Positions 1 to 13,869 of a stretch of DNA of 64,000 bases are shown here, in pieces (position 1 is the stretch's first letter; the number at the start of each line of letters is the position of its first letter). The position numbers and the translations under genes were made by a program. The notes under the pieces were generated by a model. It made no database searches. It had not been told where the DNA came from and saw nothing but the letters and a program-made list of their open reading frames with translations. Source of the DNA: Eledone cirrhosa (lineage: Eukaryota); NCBI GenBank assembly GCA_964016885.1, contig OZ024752.1, positions 15,686,001 through 15,750,000 on the forward strand, in the 5' to 3' direction.

Positions 1-118
1 CAGTATGCATATGTAGATGTAATTTTTTAACTTAATTTTTTTTAACTTAATTATTTATATATATATATATCTATATATGCATATACATATATATATCTAT
101 ATATATATCTATATATGG

Positions 119-163
<45 letters not shown>

Positions 164-497
164 TATATATGTATGCATATATATATATATATGTATATAC
201 ATATATATATGTTGCCTGGTTGCCTAAACACTGTACGGCGTAATTCGGGCTGATTGTTTACAAACAAATAGGGCATTATAATAAATGTTCGGTAAACCGA
301 TACGTGCATATATATATGTGAGCATATATGTATATATATACATACTACTGTATTTATATAAATGTGAGAAAAACCACAGACCCTGCATCTGAATTCTAGT
401 TTTGAAAAACAGAACTGCGAAGCCGGTAAAGTAACCAAATAAATATATATTTACAAAAAAAAAGACTCCAGTTGCATTTTCGATTTCATCTCTTTTC

Positions 498-560
<63 letters not shown>

Positions 561-680
561 GTATGTATATATGTATACATATATATATACATACATATTT
601 ATATAAATGTATGTATATATGTATACTTACATATATATATACATACATATTTATATAAATATATATATATATATATATAT
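1..680. repeat. (TA)n/(TACA)n microsatellite region with short unique inserts
   Basis: Direct inspection. Confidence 0.95.
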
Positions 681-875
681 AGTAATAATAATAAATTTCA
701 AGACTAAAATCCAAAGAGTGCTCGATAAGGATAAATATATAGCAAATATATAAGAACCGTAGAGCAAATATTTATTAAAATAACAGATTAAAGTATAAGC
801 AAAGAATCGCTGCTTTCACCCTATGGTGAAATCAGCGATTCTTTGCTTAAACTTTATCTGTTATTTTAATAAATA
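681..875. mobile_element. Repeat family A fragment (PLE pLTR-like) ending in a ~50-bp-arm hairpin (769-875)
   Basis: ttaaaataacagattaaagtttaagcaaagaatcgctgctttcacc recurs at ~30330, 42800, 44658 and 54855; here it is followed by its reverse complement after a CTAT loop. Confidence 0.7.
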
Positions 876-1040
876 AATATATATATATATACGTATACAT
901 ATATATATATATATACATATTTATATAAATGCATATATATATATATATGTACGTAGAGAGGGTGGGGGAGAGAAGCATCAAGTATTTTGTACATATCTAT
1001 AAAGCGTATAACATTTAATCAAATGTACACATATCTTATT

Positions 1041-1082
<42 letters not shown>

Positions 1083-2194
1083 TGAGTGTGTGTGTGTGTA
1101 CATGTGTATGTGTGTGTGTGTGTGTGTACATTAAAATCAATAACAGAGGGCCGGACTGGTTCCTTTATATATATTAATTCCGGGAGAACACTATATATAT
1201 ATATATATAATTCAATGGCCCAGCTCCATAATCCGAATATCATGCACAATCCAGACGATTCCATCAATTATTATTTACGGAATTAGTTATATAAGAGAAC
1301 AGAAAATTGCCGAACACAAACAGGGAAGAAAAAATAGTAAAATAAAACTTGTGATTCTTACTATATTCAATACGGAAATATTTTCTGAACGAAACTATAG
1401 AACGATCTGCAGTCTCTCTGAAACGATATTGGGGCTTTTCTTTCCCTGCCAGATAAAATTAAACTTCGTTTAGAAAGCGGTTCCAGCACAGTGAAGCTTT
1501 CGTCATCAACATTGATATTTTATTCATCAACATAAATATCATCTACAATATCGTTTTATCAATTTTCATTCAGAACTAACTTAATCATTTTGATATTATT
1601 AGCTAGATTTCAATCTTAAATTGTCTTATTAAATTTTCTATTATAATTTAATCATTTCCCTACTTTTAATTATTCTAAATGTCTGTATATCATTTTAATT
1701 GTTTAAAAAGATTAAACTAGATTTGAATGCGTGAATCCGTATATATCATTCACACAACTTTACAAAATTATTCTTCAAGTCATTTTCAATCACATTATAA
1801 TTAGAAATCATTATGGGTAGGTACAGTTAAACGATGTCTTTGTATGTTACCAATAGACACTCCCCCTCTCTTCAATTTTCTCCTGACGTTACACTGCTTG
1901 GATAACATTTTCTAATACCTTCACTTCATCCAATCTTTCTCATACCTTCAGTTTATCCAATCTTCTCTCATTGTTTTTCTACTTCCATTCTTCTTCATTC
2001 TTTTCTCTTCTCTACTTTTATCTATTCTCATTTCCTTTTACAGCCACTAAATTATTCATCCTTGCCCATTCTATTTTCTCTCGTCAATCTTCGTGTTCTC
2101 TTAATTTATCTGTCCCCCCTCTTAATTCTCACCTCACGTTCTCTTCATATTACTTTCTTCATTACTTCTTTCAGTGTTGCGTTGTTTTCCATCC

Positions 2195-2315
2195 TTCTCT
2201 CTCTCTCCCTCTCCCTCCCTCTCTCTCTCTCCCTCTCTCTCCCTCTCTCTCCCTATCCCTCCCCCTCTCTCTCTCTCTCCCTCTCTCTCCCTATCCCTCC
2301 CTCTCTCTCTCTCTC
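2195..2315. repeat. (CT)n-rich microsatellite
   Basis: Direct inspection. Confidence 0.9.
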
Positions 2316-2502
2316 TACTCAATTATCTTCTCATTCCCCCTCACTTACTTAGATCCTGAGTAATATTTCTACATTCTTCTGCTATCAACTTTCATTCACA
2401 TTGCTTTCTTTTGAACAATTATTCTATATATTCATTACATTCACATGCCTTTACACACACTCTATCTCTCTCCCCCTCTCTCTTATTATATATATATATA
2501 TA

Positions 2503-2603
2503 CAGGGTGTCCCCAAAATATGTATACACACTTCAACAGCATTCTTATAATTATTGCCTATACAGGTATTCAAAGTGTGTATACATTTTGAGAGGACAGC
2601 CTA
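2503..2603. mobile_element. Tc1/mariner-type MITE (~100 bp)
   Basis: TA|CAGGGTGTCCCCAAAATATGTATACACACTT ... AAGTGTGTATACATTTTGAGAGGACAGCCT imperfect TIRs; a sister copy lies in reverse orientation at 56789-56888. Confidence 0.65.
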
Positions 2604-2763
2604 TGTCCGTTATATTCGGAATAAAATGTATCTTTACTCTATTGTCTAAGCTGTTTATAGGATCCAACTCTTTTTACAGTTATTTTCCCCGCCTGAGTTT
2701 TCATAAGCAATTGATAGATTCATCTTTCTTGCATTTAGTAAAAAACGTTCATCTTCAATATAA

Positions 2764-2797
<34 letters not shown>

Positions 2798-2804
2798 ACA
2801 CTGA

Positions 2805-2986
2805 GGGCGGTGGATTGGCCTCAGTAGCGGTAGACGCTTTGCAGCAAAGAGTTACGGACCTCATGGTTTTAGTTCAAATCGCGCTGAGGTTAACTTTGCC
2901 TTTCATCCTTACGGGGTCGATAAAATAAAGTACCAGTAATACACTGGGATAATTGCTGGCCTTGTGCCAAAAGTAGAAACAATTAT
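2805..2986 (+). mobile_element. tRNA-derived SINE family 1 (Meta-domain-like core), full length
   Basis: Head GGCGGTGGATTGGC with Pol III A box, B box AGTTCAAATC, core GCCTTTCATCCTTACGGGGTCGATAAAATAAAGTACCAG, tail GCTGGCCTTGTGCCAAAAGTAGAAACAATTAT. Confidence 0.85.
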
Positions 2987-3097
2987 ATATCTATGTATAT
3001 ATATATATATGAAAAATGCGGGACCCTGATGGCTGAGTTCCGGCCATTTCAACAGCTAGATCAGATTAATGGTCTAACTGGTTTTTACCGCCTCTAT

Positions 3098-3157
<60 letters not shown>

Positions 3158-3165
<8 letters not shown>

Positions 3166-3289
3166 TAATAAAGAAATGGCTTCTAGATGACTAGAACTGT
3201 TTCATTCGCGAGAAATCATCAGGAAACACTGGGCTTCCTGACGATTACAGTTCTAGTCCTGTCGAAGCCATTTCTATATTAAATATTAT
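3158..3289. mobile_element. Head-to-head foldback PLE-like fragment with degenerate hammerhead core on the - strand (3195-3225)
   Basis: Arms ATATTTAATAAAGAAATGGCTTC..GACTAGAACTGT / ACAGTTCTAGTC..GAAGCCATTTCTATATTAAATAT; - strand reads CTGATGA-TTTCTCGCGAAT-GAAA-CAG. Confidence 0.6.
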
Positions 3290-3562
3290 TATATGCGATG
3301 TATTGAGAACCTTACTTACTGTGGTTACCACCGATTGAACCCGGGATAAACTTATATATATATATATATATATGCGTGTGTGTGGGTGTGTGTGTATAAT
3401 ATATTGTAGTAATGCTTGCGTATAGATGTAGCCGGTTTCGTTTTATCTCTTCTTACGATCTGATATTTTCGTACCTTTTAATATCAGATGCAGAAAAATC
3501 TATACTTATTTTTATGTCAATAAATTTTTACTTTCTTCGTACGGCCATTTATCGCTCGTATA

Positions 3563-4027
3563 CAGGAAACTAACAGGCCAGTCTGCTGATATGTAAATCT
3601 CTCTGATCAGTGGATCTGCTAATATGCAGATCTAACTGATCGGGCAGTCTGCTAATGTGCCAATCAGGCCGATCACTCACTGAATATTTTAGAAAATAGC
3701 ATATATTTTCACTATCTCTGACAGTTGGCAGGTGAACAGTGAGCTGTACTGGTGAAGGGTGATACCCAGAAACATTAGTGTCTGCAGTTCTGTTTACATG
3801 TCAACACAAGAGTAAGAATAAAGAGTTCATTCTACTGACATGGCTATAAAAATGAGGCTTGTTTGCATAATTGCAAACGAATCGAATGTTATTATTGTTA
3901 ACTTTACCTTTCATCCTTACGACGTCGATAAAATAAAGTACCAGTAATGCACTGGGTATTTGCTGGCCTTGTGCCAAAAGTAGAAACAATTATTAATATT
4001 CGAAAAACTCAGATTACATTTATTATA
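3563..4027 (+). mobile_element. PLE-like non-autonomous family D (internal ctgctaatatgcagatc repeats, degenerate hammerhead 3746-3780), interrupted by a truncated SINE1 (3897-3993)
   Basis: Homologous to 54127-54805; CTGGTGA-AGGG-tgata-CCC-A-GAAA-CATTA. Confidence 0.75.
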
Positions 4028-4030
4028 TAA

Positions 4031-4074
<44 letters not shown>

Positions 4075-4421
4075 AAAAATGGGTGAGATCCTTGGTACAG
4101 TTAGGTATATTTGAAAAATGGAAAAGAATGACTTCACTTGTACGGTTAAAAGTTTATATAATTTAATGCTATAATATAATATTATAATATTATAATATTA
4201 TGAGTTGGTAGATCCAGTAAGTTCTTTGTTAACTTCGGTGGGAAGAATTTTAGAGATTCCAGGTTAACTTGGGTTGGAGAACTTTCTCGTATTCGTCTGT
4301 CTGTGGCGATTGTTAAACTGAAATCAGGTTGTGTTGAATTGTGTGACTATATATAAGAGAGATCTGGATGTGTCTCTGGTGTTAATGAGTGTTGATGATG
4401 AAGGTCCTGAGGAATTAAAGT

Positions 4422-4489
<68 letters not shown>

Positions 4490-4869
4490 ACACATACACT
4501 CAGAAAATGGTGAGGTTGTAAGATAAGGGTGTTTGAGAAGGTAGCCGTAAACCTACTCTCCTGCTGGTTTTATTTCATTAGCTGACCTTTGATGAGTTTA
4601 TAATGGCATAGCTGAATCAACTGTTCCAAATCCATAAAGATTATCTTCTAAAGATTTCTATATCAAAGATAAATTTAGGTACTTGTCTGGGTTTTAATGA
4701 GATGTGAGATACATGTCTTTTCATAAGAATGGGATGACAGGAAAAAGAGAAAAGAAGGATAGCTTGGGAATATTTGTCAAAGATGTGTTGTTAATATTAG
4801 TCTAGGAGAGGAAGTGTGGGGGGGGGGGCATGTGGGCTCACATATTCACTTCCCTATATGTAAATGTAT

Positions 4870-5208
4870 TTACAGTCTATATATACTACATACAAACACA
4901 TATCAACACATATATACACATATATATATATACATATATATACACACATACATACGCATAGACACCCATACACATATACATATACACACATATATACACA
5001 CACACACACGTACATATATATATATATATATACGCATACATATATATATATATATACATATACACGCACATATACGTACACATACCTACACATATACACA
5101 CACATACGTATACACCCATATATATACACACACACAGATTTTATACATATTTTATACACATATATACACACACCATATATATATATATATATATATATAC
5201 TACATATG

Positions 5209-5262
<54 letters not shown>

Positions 5263-5321
5263 CACCATATATATATATACATACACCAAACACATATATA
5301 TGTATATATATACATACATAG

Positions 5322-5353
<32 letters not shown>

Positions 5354-5365
5354 CTTATACATACA
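4870..5365. repeat. Mixed (TA)/(CA)/(TACA)n microsatellite
   Basis: Direct inspection. Confidence 0.9.
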
Positions 5366-5425
5366 TTTCTGGACTGAAATAGCCGTCGAAACGGCTTGAG
5401 CTCTGCCGTCGGGGTCATACATTTT

Positions 5426-5430
<5 letters not shown>
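5365..5430 (+). mobile_element. Repeat family E single arm (GAAACGGC..GCCGTC hairpin module)
   Basis: Nearly identical to the right arm of the 32382-32492 palindrome; relatives at ~3015-3060 (-), 20637-20725 and 42285-42332. Confidence 0.65.
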
Positions 5431-5503
<73 letters not shown>

Positions 5504-6761
5504 TATGTGTAAGGGAGAGATAGACAGACGGATAAAGAGACTCATTTAAGATTCTTTGAAGTTATTTAAACTTGTTCAACTGAAATAAGTATATGCTTGG
5601 TAATAAAGAAAATCATTGAAATGTCTGTTGGCCTAATTTGTAAACCTGTAGATGAAACTGTTAGAACAACGAGATGTTTATTGACTATAACATTCTAAAA
5701 CGTCTCCAGGCTGAAGAATATTTACTTCTGGAAATATATATTATTAATTTATACGAAACTATCAATTTAATTTCGAGCTGTAGCTTGCGAGACCCATAAT
5801 TTGATTGAAAATAATTGACACTAAATTTAAATTTTATGTTTTTATTTCATTAATATTTTATTTAAAAAAGATTCATTCATTAAAATAAATATCAATCTTC
5901 ATGATTGTATTTTTTCATTTGTCTTTTTTAATTTCATGTCGAATCTAACATAAAATATTCAACCGACTTTGATTATTTTCTCGCTTAAAGCTATCTTAAT
6001 GTTTAAATGAACGAGATTTCTTTCGCCTGAAGATCTCCAATGGTTACTTTTCTTACGAATGATGTTGTATTGCGTAGGATACATACCAGTGAAATAAGAA
6101 TCAAACAAGTGCTATAAAACTATTACCTGTGTCATAGCACTTTACTTTACATATATATTTGTGTGATGCAAGCAAATGTGATATTTCCTTAGACCCAGCA
6201 TGTTCTGTTAATTATCAAAATTCAGATGTCCTTGGGAGTTCCTGCTGATTTTGCTGCAAGTGTATTTTGATCTGTTAATATATATAATTTATACAAATGT
6301 GATTTTATGTCCATGTCTTGTAATTCCCTTTACATGGACAGTGATGTCAACTGGTGTTTGTGATTGTTTGAATGTCAGACCATCAACCAAGCAGCCGAAC
6401 TGGAGTTCATCTATTCGCAATTATCTGTGTCCAAATAGTACTACTTCAGCCATGACTGACTCCTCCCCAGCATCACTACCATTTAACAACACCATCAAAG
6501 CAATTCCCTCTAAGTGGCTATTCTGATGGCCCTTCACCCAATAGCATGTGATGCCCAGCACTGTGACGTATTGCTGGGGATGGGTTTACTCATTCTGTAT
6601 CCCACATTAATTATAACGGACCTGATCATTTAGCATAATATACTTAATCTGTATGGACCCGGATTTTCCTCTCGTTAGCCTTCTCAATACAGTTATCTTG
6701 CGAAATCTTACCTGGTGGTAAGAAGTGATGTGTTGTAGTGCTTGATAATATATATATATAT

Positions 6762-6820
6762 ACTCTTTTACTCTTTTACCTGTTCCAGCCATCCGGCTGA
6801 GGCCATGCTGGGGCACCTCC
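6762..6820 (-). mobile_element. Extremely 5'-truncated copy (3' UTR/tail only) of the CR1/L2-group LINE
   Basis: Reverse complement matches 62004-62064 (GGTGCCCCAGCATGGCCTCAGC..GATGGCTG.AACAGGTAAAAGAGTAAAAGAGTA); flanked by (TA)n. Confidence 0.85.
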
Positions 6821-6856
<36 letters not shown>

Positions 6857-6859
6857 AAA

Positions 6860-7106
6860 ACGTAAACGGAAATAACAGCACAATCGGTACACTGTATGGA
6901 AGGGATATATAATGTTAACACTTGATATAGCACGAAGAGGGTCTTAATGTTTCGAACGCTAGTCCTTCATCAGAAGAATGAATGAGAAATAAAATAGTTT
7001 GAGTGGACGGCGGGTTGTAATAGAAAAAATGTCTTTAGATAAAAATAAGAGGTCCATTCATGTTGACATCTCTTGCCAAACTGTTGGTGCTGGCGTTTTG
7101 TATATG

Positions 7107-7164
<58 letters not shown>

Positions 7165-7245
7165 CATATAAAGGGTAACAGAAATAACAACACAATCGGT
7201 ACAGTATATGGAAGGTATATATTAGGTTAACGCTTGATATGACAT
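6860..7245 (-). mobile_element. PLE-like family C: one unit plus a partial tandem unit separated by (TA)n
   Basis: Reverse complement of 39775-39995. Confidence 0.8.
6942..6977 (-). ncRNA. Minimal type I hammerhead ribozyme motif
   Basis: tctt-CTGATGA-aggactagcgttc-GAAA-catt-aaga; stem I tctt/aaga. Confidence 0.55.
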
Positions 7246-7272
7246 CTCTTGTGTATATATATATATATATAT

Positions 7273-7860
7273 GTTGGCTGCCAACTCGTTTTCGAGTACG
7301 GCCAGTACTTTATATCCATGTAGAAGAACCCCTACCGATGCGCTGAACCAGTGTGACTTTTTAGTACAGCCAGCGACTTGAAAACTCTGGTACAAAGACT
7401 ACACCTGTGACCATTATTGACACATAGTGCAGGGCCCATGGTACCATGTGATGACAAGTGCAGAGAGATCTCCAGATATAAAGCAATGCCTGTGCTGTGA
7501 AGCTTTTATAGTGAGCAAAGGCACTGCACAAAGCCAGTCCCACTCTCTTAACCAAGATGATATTTACCAAAAAGAAGAACAAGTCAACATAATTGGATAC
7601 CATCAGAGTTTTCCTTCTCCTAGAATTCTGCCTTGACAAAGGCTAAGGGGTCATCTCTCCCGGTGATTTTGGATGGCTATTGAGTCTTAAGAGCTCCCTT
7701 GCCCTTTGACAGGTTTTGTTTTTAGTCCTGCAGGATGTCCAAAGTCACCCTCCTCACCAAGAAACCTTGGTGCGGTTGCCAGTTTAGTCGCCAACGACCC
7801 GACCATGAGACAGGTTGTACTGGGATACATGTTACCAGTAGCTCCAACTGGTGACCTGAC

Positions 7861-7862
<2 letters not shown>
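7273..7862 (-). mobile_element. Non-autonomous bipartite RTE-derived element, copy 1
   Basis: Highly similar to 52243-52852 apart from a 20-bp indel; RTE-type 5' UTR motif (GGAGAAGGAAAACTCTGA) joined to a C2H2-coding 3' end; embedded in (TA)n. Confidence 0.75.
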
Positions 7863-7942
<80 letters not shown>

Positions 7943-7954
7943 ATATACATATAG

Positions 7955-8106
7955 GCAAACGCGCCTCACCAATCAATAAACGTAATGAACACATAACGTT
8001 CTTCTATTATTATTTTACACTCTGTCTAGCACTGCACCTGGCTACTGACGTGAATCTAAACAACGAGTGCTCACCTGGGTGAACCTACAGTATCTTCCCG
8101 TTACAC

Positions 8107-8110
<4 letters not shown>
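7955..8110 (+). mobile_element. Fragment of PLE-like family F (3' part only)
   Basis: AAACGCGCCTCACCAATCAATAAACGTAATGAA matches 42105-42137; the remainder matches the reverse complement of 41735-41830. Confidence 0.7.
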
Positions 8111-8157
<47 letters not shown>

Positions 8158-8493
8158 AGTTAAGAGGGGATTATTCCACCACTATTGCTTTATTGCGTAT
8201 GTATTTCTGTTATATGGTTATTCATGTGATTTCATCAGATTGTTATGCAATCATAGATGGGGATATGTCACTGATCATACATGACCATCCTGTTGTGATG
8301 CCAACAGACATATAAATATATATACATATATACATATATATATAGTGACGGTAGTTTGCAAACTATTATGCGGACTGATAGTCCGATAGAAATCTTATTC
8401 CACGGAAACTTAGTTTTACAATAGCTCAATATATAATATAGAAAGAATTTCTTTGCTTATATCCCATGAAACATCTTCTTATTCTCATATAAA

Positions 8494-8594
8494 ATAATTG
8501 TTTCGACTTTTGGCACAAGGCCAGCAATTAGCCCAGTGTATTACTGGTACTTTATTTTATCGACCCCGTAAGGATAAAAGGCAAAGTTAACCTC
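8494..8594 (-). mobile_element. SINE1, 5'-truncated, with 15-bp TSD
   Basis: TSD CTCATATAAAATAAT at 8484-8498 and 8592-8606. Confidence 0.85.
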
Positions 8595-9204
8595 ATATAA
8601 AATAATGGTAAACGACTCATAAATATTATACATGTCTGACTGGACAACTAGAATCATGACATGATACGTTGGTAATATTTCAATGTTTTCTGTGACTTGC
8701 TAAATACATATATGTTGCTCTAACTATATATGAATTTATTGTATGTTTGCAAAGAATTTCCGTGTGTAGATAAAATTATTTTTCTCTGTGTTACATGTTA
8801 AATAAGTTTACGAATTATCTTCATAATTACGAACATGATTAAATACTGAATCCCGCCATGCATTGTCGATTGAAAATATTACACGGCAAGTTTGGTTGTA
8901 TATTATGCAATGTTGTTGAGCGTTGATTTTGAAACGATAATGATATATACAGCGCATAATAATTAATATTTGAATTTCTTGTTTATATCTTACAAGAAAT
9001 CGTTACGACCAATGTTGTAATCGTTTAGAACAGAGCTGAAAAATATTTGAAATGTGATATATGGACTTTTGATAGTTAATGTAGCATGTCTTTCAGAAAT
9101 GAAATCACTAAACAATTTTTTTAAATAGAAAGCCCATAAATCAGTCTACAAGTACTTCCAATTAACCAATCAGACATTGAGTGTAATTAATGCGTAATAA
9201 TACC

Positions 9205-9418
9205 AATAATTGGTTCTAATTTAGGCACAATGCCAGCAATTAGCCGGAGGGGAAAAGTCAATTAAATCGACACCAGTGCATTACTGGTACTTTGTTTTAT
9301 CGACGCCGTAAGGATGAAAGGCTAAGCTAACCTCGACGAGACATGAACTCAGAACGCAAAGGGCTGTAACTCTGTGTCAAAAACCATAGTGTCCGACGCT
9401 CTGCCAATTCTGCCACCT
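9205..9418 (-). mobile_element. SINE1 (older, long-tail variant)
   Basis: Core, B box and head on the - strand. Confidence 0.8.
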
Positions 9419-10785
9419 TATCCAAGAAGAAGATAATGCGATGATGATGATGTTAATGATGGTTTCCTTATTGTCTTAAGGTTTTTATAGGAATAATTAA
9501 CATATCTATGGGCTGAATTTACAGCTATTACTATATGTGGCAGGATGCCCTAAACTTAATATAATTCTCCATTACTTTATCATGTAGCACTCACCGAGAA
9601 AACATCTGAGGGGCAATCCTGCAGTACAGTCTGGCCAGGATCCCTACAGTCACATTCTCGGCTGCCTTTCATTTCCCATCGATAGAGATGATGCGCTGTC
9701 CTAGCATATCTTGTGTGGATCCGAGTAAGGGACACTTATTGCTTTCTGGGTATCGTCATGTTCGTTGACTTATAATGTTACTGATGCATCATCAACTGTC
9801 TAAAATCAGCACCTGACTATAAATTTGATATACGACTGGTGTAAGTATATTGGTGAATTGTACCCAGCAATTAACATTTAAGTATTTATTAATGTATTAC
9901 TTTTCTGGTTTCTCTTCCTTCCAATCCAATTAAATTCTAACAGAGTGTATTATAATTCTAATGGTATGGTTGGATTGATTCCATTTCTAAATTGTTAAAA
10001 TGAAAATGGAATATTGCTCCGCCATTTGCTGATGCTTCAGAAATCAATATCGTGATCTGTATCCTAGAAAAGAATATCATCTGGTTGACTGGCGACATAT
10101 CAGACAATTTTAAAATCTAAACTGCAGCCGGCAGAAGCTATACCGCTTAACGCAGCAGTTTACTGCTACTACAGAATCATCTCTCAGGAAGCAGGCTAAT
10201 TATATACAGCTAACATTCACGTCTGTAAGCCAGGCTTCTGTTCATTTCTCTTTCTGTAACTTTGAGGTTCATAATTATTGTCTGCTGTTACCGAATTCCA
10301 AATGTTCAAAACAAATATTAATACATCAATCTCATCCTTATCGAATGGCTGAGCAGATTATGGTGGCAGACTTGCCTACTAAACTAGCTATTTAAAAATC
10401 AGGAGTATTTCAGATTGTTTGAACGATTGTGGTGTATATAAAAACAGTAATTTAGAGAACTATGTTAAAGCAATTCTAGAAAGATTCAACATGAAAACAT
10501 GTACGACTCTTCATATCTTTCGAGATAAAAAAAATACTCTTTTTCAAATCATCAGCAAATTTAACCATATCAAATTTCGTTTCTGAATGTAAAAGAAAAT
10601 TTTCATGAAAAAATTCTGCATGTATATATCAGCTACCAGGACCCAAATCTTGGTTAAAATACTTTAGACTTAAAACACTCATAAATTACGTTTCGTTTAA
10701 ATTTACCCAAAAATTGACTCGCTGCTCAATAATCATGATCATGCGTGTTGTATATTGTATGCGACCATATATATATACATATATA

Positions 10786-11370
10786 CTAGCCGAATTACCC
10801 GCGCCTTGCTGCGTTTCACAGATGATTTTTTATAAGAAAATGAGGATTGATTTTAAATCAGTGATATAATTTATGGAGAACAGATAAAGGGGAAATGTTA
10901 AAAAAGTAGAAGCATAAAGTAATAATTTTTATTGTCATAAATCTAGTGATGTTGCCATAGATAACATATCTGAATTAGCCAAATTTTACTATAAAAGATA
11001 AGTGCTTTTTTTGTCGATTTACGTTTAATTAATAGGAAAACCCAGTGATGATAGAGGTTCCAATATTCAAGTTATCGGCTTCCAAAATGTTCACTATAGG
11101 GGGTTTAACCACATTTAGGGTGTCTTAATATTATTGAAATTTGCTGAGATTTTGTGAATAGGCATCATATCTTGTCATTTACTTATGGTTTAAATTTCAT
11201 ATAAATCGAAGAGACAAAATCTCAGTGAGGGTTTGCGCCCCTGGGGTACTCTTTGATTAAAATGAAATATACTTATCCAAGTACCCTGGGCAATGTAGCT
11301 TGAGAATATATATGGTTATGGGGGTCTATCTCCAAAACCATAGAAGGAGTTCGTGAACAAACAAATAAAT
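10786..11370 (-). mobile_element. Putative non-autonomous Helitron
   Basis: - strand 3' end: GC-rich hairpin-like segment then CTAG|T at 10786; inserted in (TA)n; 5' end indistinct. Confidence 0.5.
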
Positions 11371-11616
11371 ATATATATGTATATATATATATATATAAGT
11401 CTTCAACACAAATGCATGCAACCTAATGTTTCAAAGTCCAACAAGCATAGGTCATAGACATTCTATATCTGATAGTTTATGTCCTATATTAATAGTAGGT
11501 TGAAAACTTGGGTAGGTTTGATATGTGTTTCAAAATTATTTGTATATTGAATTTTGGCTCTGTACATTACATGTAGCAGTTTTTTCCGCTGATTTGTTGT
11601 TCAGAATATCCTGACA

Positions 11617-11720
<104 letters not shown>

Positions 11721-11848
11721 GTTTGTATATGTATAATAAAGCCAAAACAATGCAGGTATGGACATAGAATAAAGAATGCAAATGCAAAAGATATTGTTGA
11801 CAATTAGTCTTTTACCTTAGATTTATTTAAATGTCCTTAATTTTCGAG

Positions 11849-12016
11849 ATAATATCTCTTCTTCGGAGGGAAGTAAAGCGGTTAAACCAGTGTTCTAAAT
11901 TGCTTGCCAAGTCATGCTGACCGGAAATGGTATACCATTTCCGGTCAGCATGACTTGGCAAGCTATTTAGAACACTGGTTTAACCGCTTTACTTCCCTCC
12001 GAAGAAGAGATATTAT
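11849..12016. repeat. 168-bp near-perfect palindrome (84-bp arms, no loop, 1 mismatch) of a PLE-like end
   Basis: Centre GGTA|TACC at 11932/11933; - strand 11833-11870 reads CCGAAGA-AGAGAT-att-ATCTC-GAAA-ATTA (variant hammerhead core). Confidence 0.9.
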
Positions 12017-12198
12017 ATTAGTAGTTATTTATTATTATGTATCTTTATAAACTTTCTCACACGCACACTCTGTATTATATGTAATCTGTTCATGTCTCAA
12101 TCTTAAGGTATATAAATATTGAGTTTTGTCCTAACTTATTCATTGCCATGACTGAATTTTAACCATCAACATAGTCAAGGTATGTCAAGCATCATCTT

Positions 12199-12263
12199 AT
12201 TTTATCTGATGAGGACGCAGTGTTGAAAATAGCTCTGTTCCCCTGAAATATGTATAATAAAAT
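12199..12263 (+). ncRNA. Type I hammerhead ribozyme motif
   Basis: attttat-CTGATGA-(imperfect stem II ggacgcag..ctgttcc)-GAAA-TATGTA-TA-ataaaat; 7-bp stem I, extendable by tcaagcat/atgcttga. Confidence 0.6.
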
Positions 12264-12585
12264 ATGCTTGATCACACGAATGTCTATATGTGTTAATATT
12301 TTGAATTAATATATATATATATATATATATATTCAACTTAACTCTTGGGTTCCCTGTATAACACAAATGCCTCCCTTTTTGTTTTTTTATAGTTATCTAC
12401 CTTTACATTATTGAAAGCTCTTGTCTATTTATAGCTAAATTCGACATTGCCTTTCCTTAGAGACCTCTCTTATATTTTCTAAAAACATCTATGGGGGTAG
12501 CCATCTTGTTTCTATCACAGGCTTAATGAGATGGGGTGCATAACCCAAAGAAACGTAAGTAGCTGCATATGTCACTGTTTTAAAC

Positions 12586-12689
<104 letters not shown>

Positions 12690-13314
12690 GATATATATAG
12701 ATAGATAGATATGACAGTATTAACTAATATAAGAGAAACACAAGACTGAGTAAACATATATAGAAACAATGTTCCTAGCATGAGTGTTTATGAACTAAAA
12801 ATTGGTTCACTCGCGTGTTTCATTTAATTAGAAAATTATCTCTGAAAATTAAATATAATTCAAAAGCTACATGCTAAAATCACCATTTCATAATTAAGTT
12901 GGAATGTAAGATGTTTCATATATATTGGTAATGTTAACGGCCACGTTAAGACATCCATTATAAAATATATTATGTTTATAATTCAAAATACATCATTTTT
13001 TGTAATATTTCGGCATCTGTAGACTATGCTATTGGGAAATATTCTCTATTGTTTTATTATCAAGTATTAATTACATCATATTTATAATTTTAAACCTCTA
13101 CTCCCATGTCAACGAAAGAGTGAGTTAGACAAAGCTAATTAAAATATGCTTAATTATGTTATTAGTAATCCTTGTTACTAATTTCATTATTCTTCCGAAT
13201 TAAAATTTCAGAAGATTTCGAAAGTTTTTAAATCAAAACTTCTTTAAATTGAAAATGTTAAAATTATATCATTGATTTCTAATGAATATATGTATTGTTA
13301 GATATTGTTTGTCG

Positions 13315-13390
13315 TAAGAGAGAGTAAAGATACAAGTTAAGAGAGGTGATACAAGTTAAGAGAGAAGATAAAAGTTAAGAGAGGATACAT
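13315..13390 (+). repeat. Short imperfect ~19-bp tandem repeat (gatacaagttaagagag)
   Basis: 3-4 units seen. Confidence 0.7.
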
Positions 13391-13869
13391 CGAATTGAGA
13401 GAAATGTTGAGAAGAGTATATAATAAAGCGGGAAGGAGAAAGTTTTAAAGACATTTAATAAATATATTGTAGAGATGTTCGAATCATTACCTGGCTTTCA
13501 TGAACAAAGACACAGATTACAAAGACAGAATTATTGATATGAAACTTTATACATGGACAGAAAAGGGATTCAAAGCTATTGATTCGAATAGAAAGGTGAA
13601 ACTTCTCACGTAAAAGCATTTTCCACATAACACACTTAATTTTGTTGTTGATTTGTACGTCTATATATGTTATTAGCATTTATTGTATTGATTATCGTAT
13701 ATATTGAAACACAGTAAACGGAATAATAGCAACTTTCAAATTTGATCAATCAGAAATGTTCGTAAATATAATCTCTGAAATGCATGTTTATTATTTTCCT
13801 GACAGATGCTGACACGTAATTATTCTCATTATGACTTAATTATTTCATAGGTTAATATTAACATAATGT

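Noticed and set aside
4200-4830. Possible decayed PLE RT on the - strand (FIFDIE-like)
   Set aside because: A single weak motif with many stops; cannot be supported by eye.
6251-6526. 91-aa ORF in a GC-richer patch
   Set aside because: No recognisable motif or convincing exon structure.
9550-10300. Possible old LINE remnant
   Set aside because: No motif could be translated with confidence.
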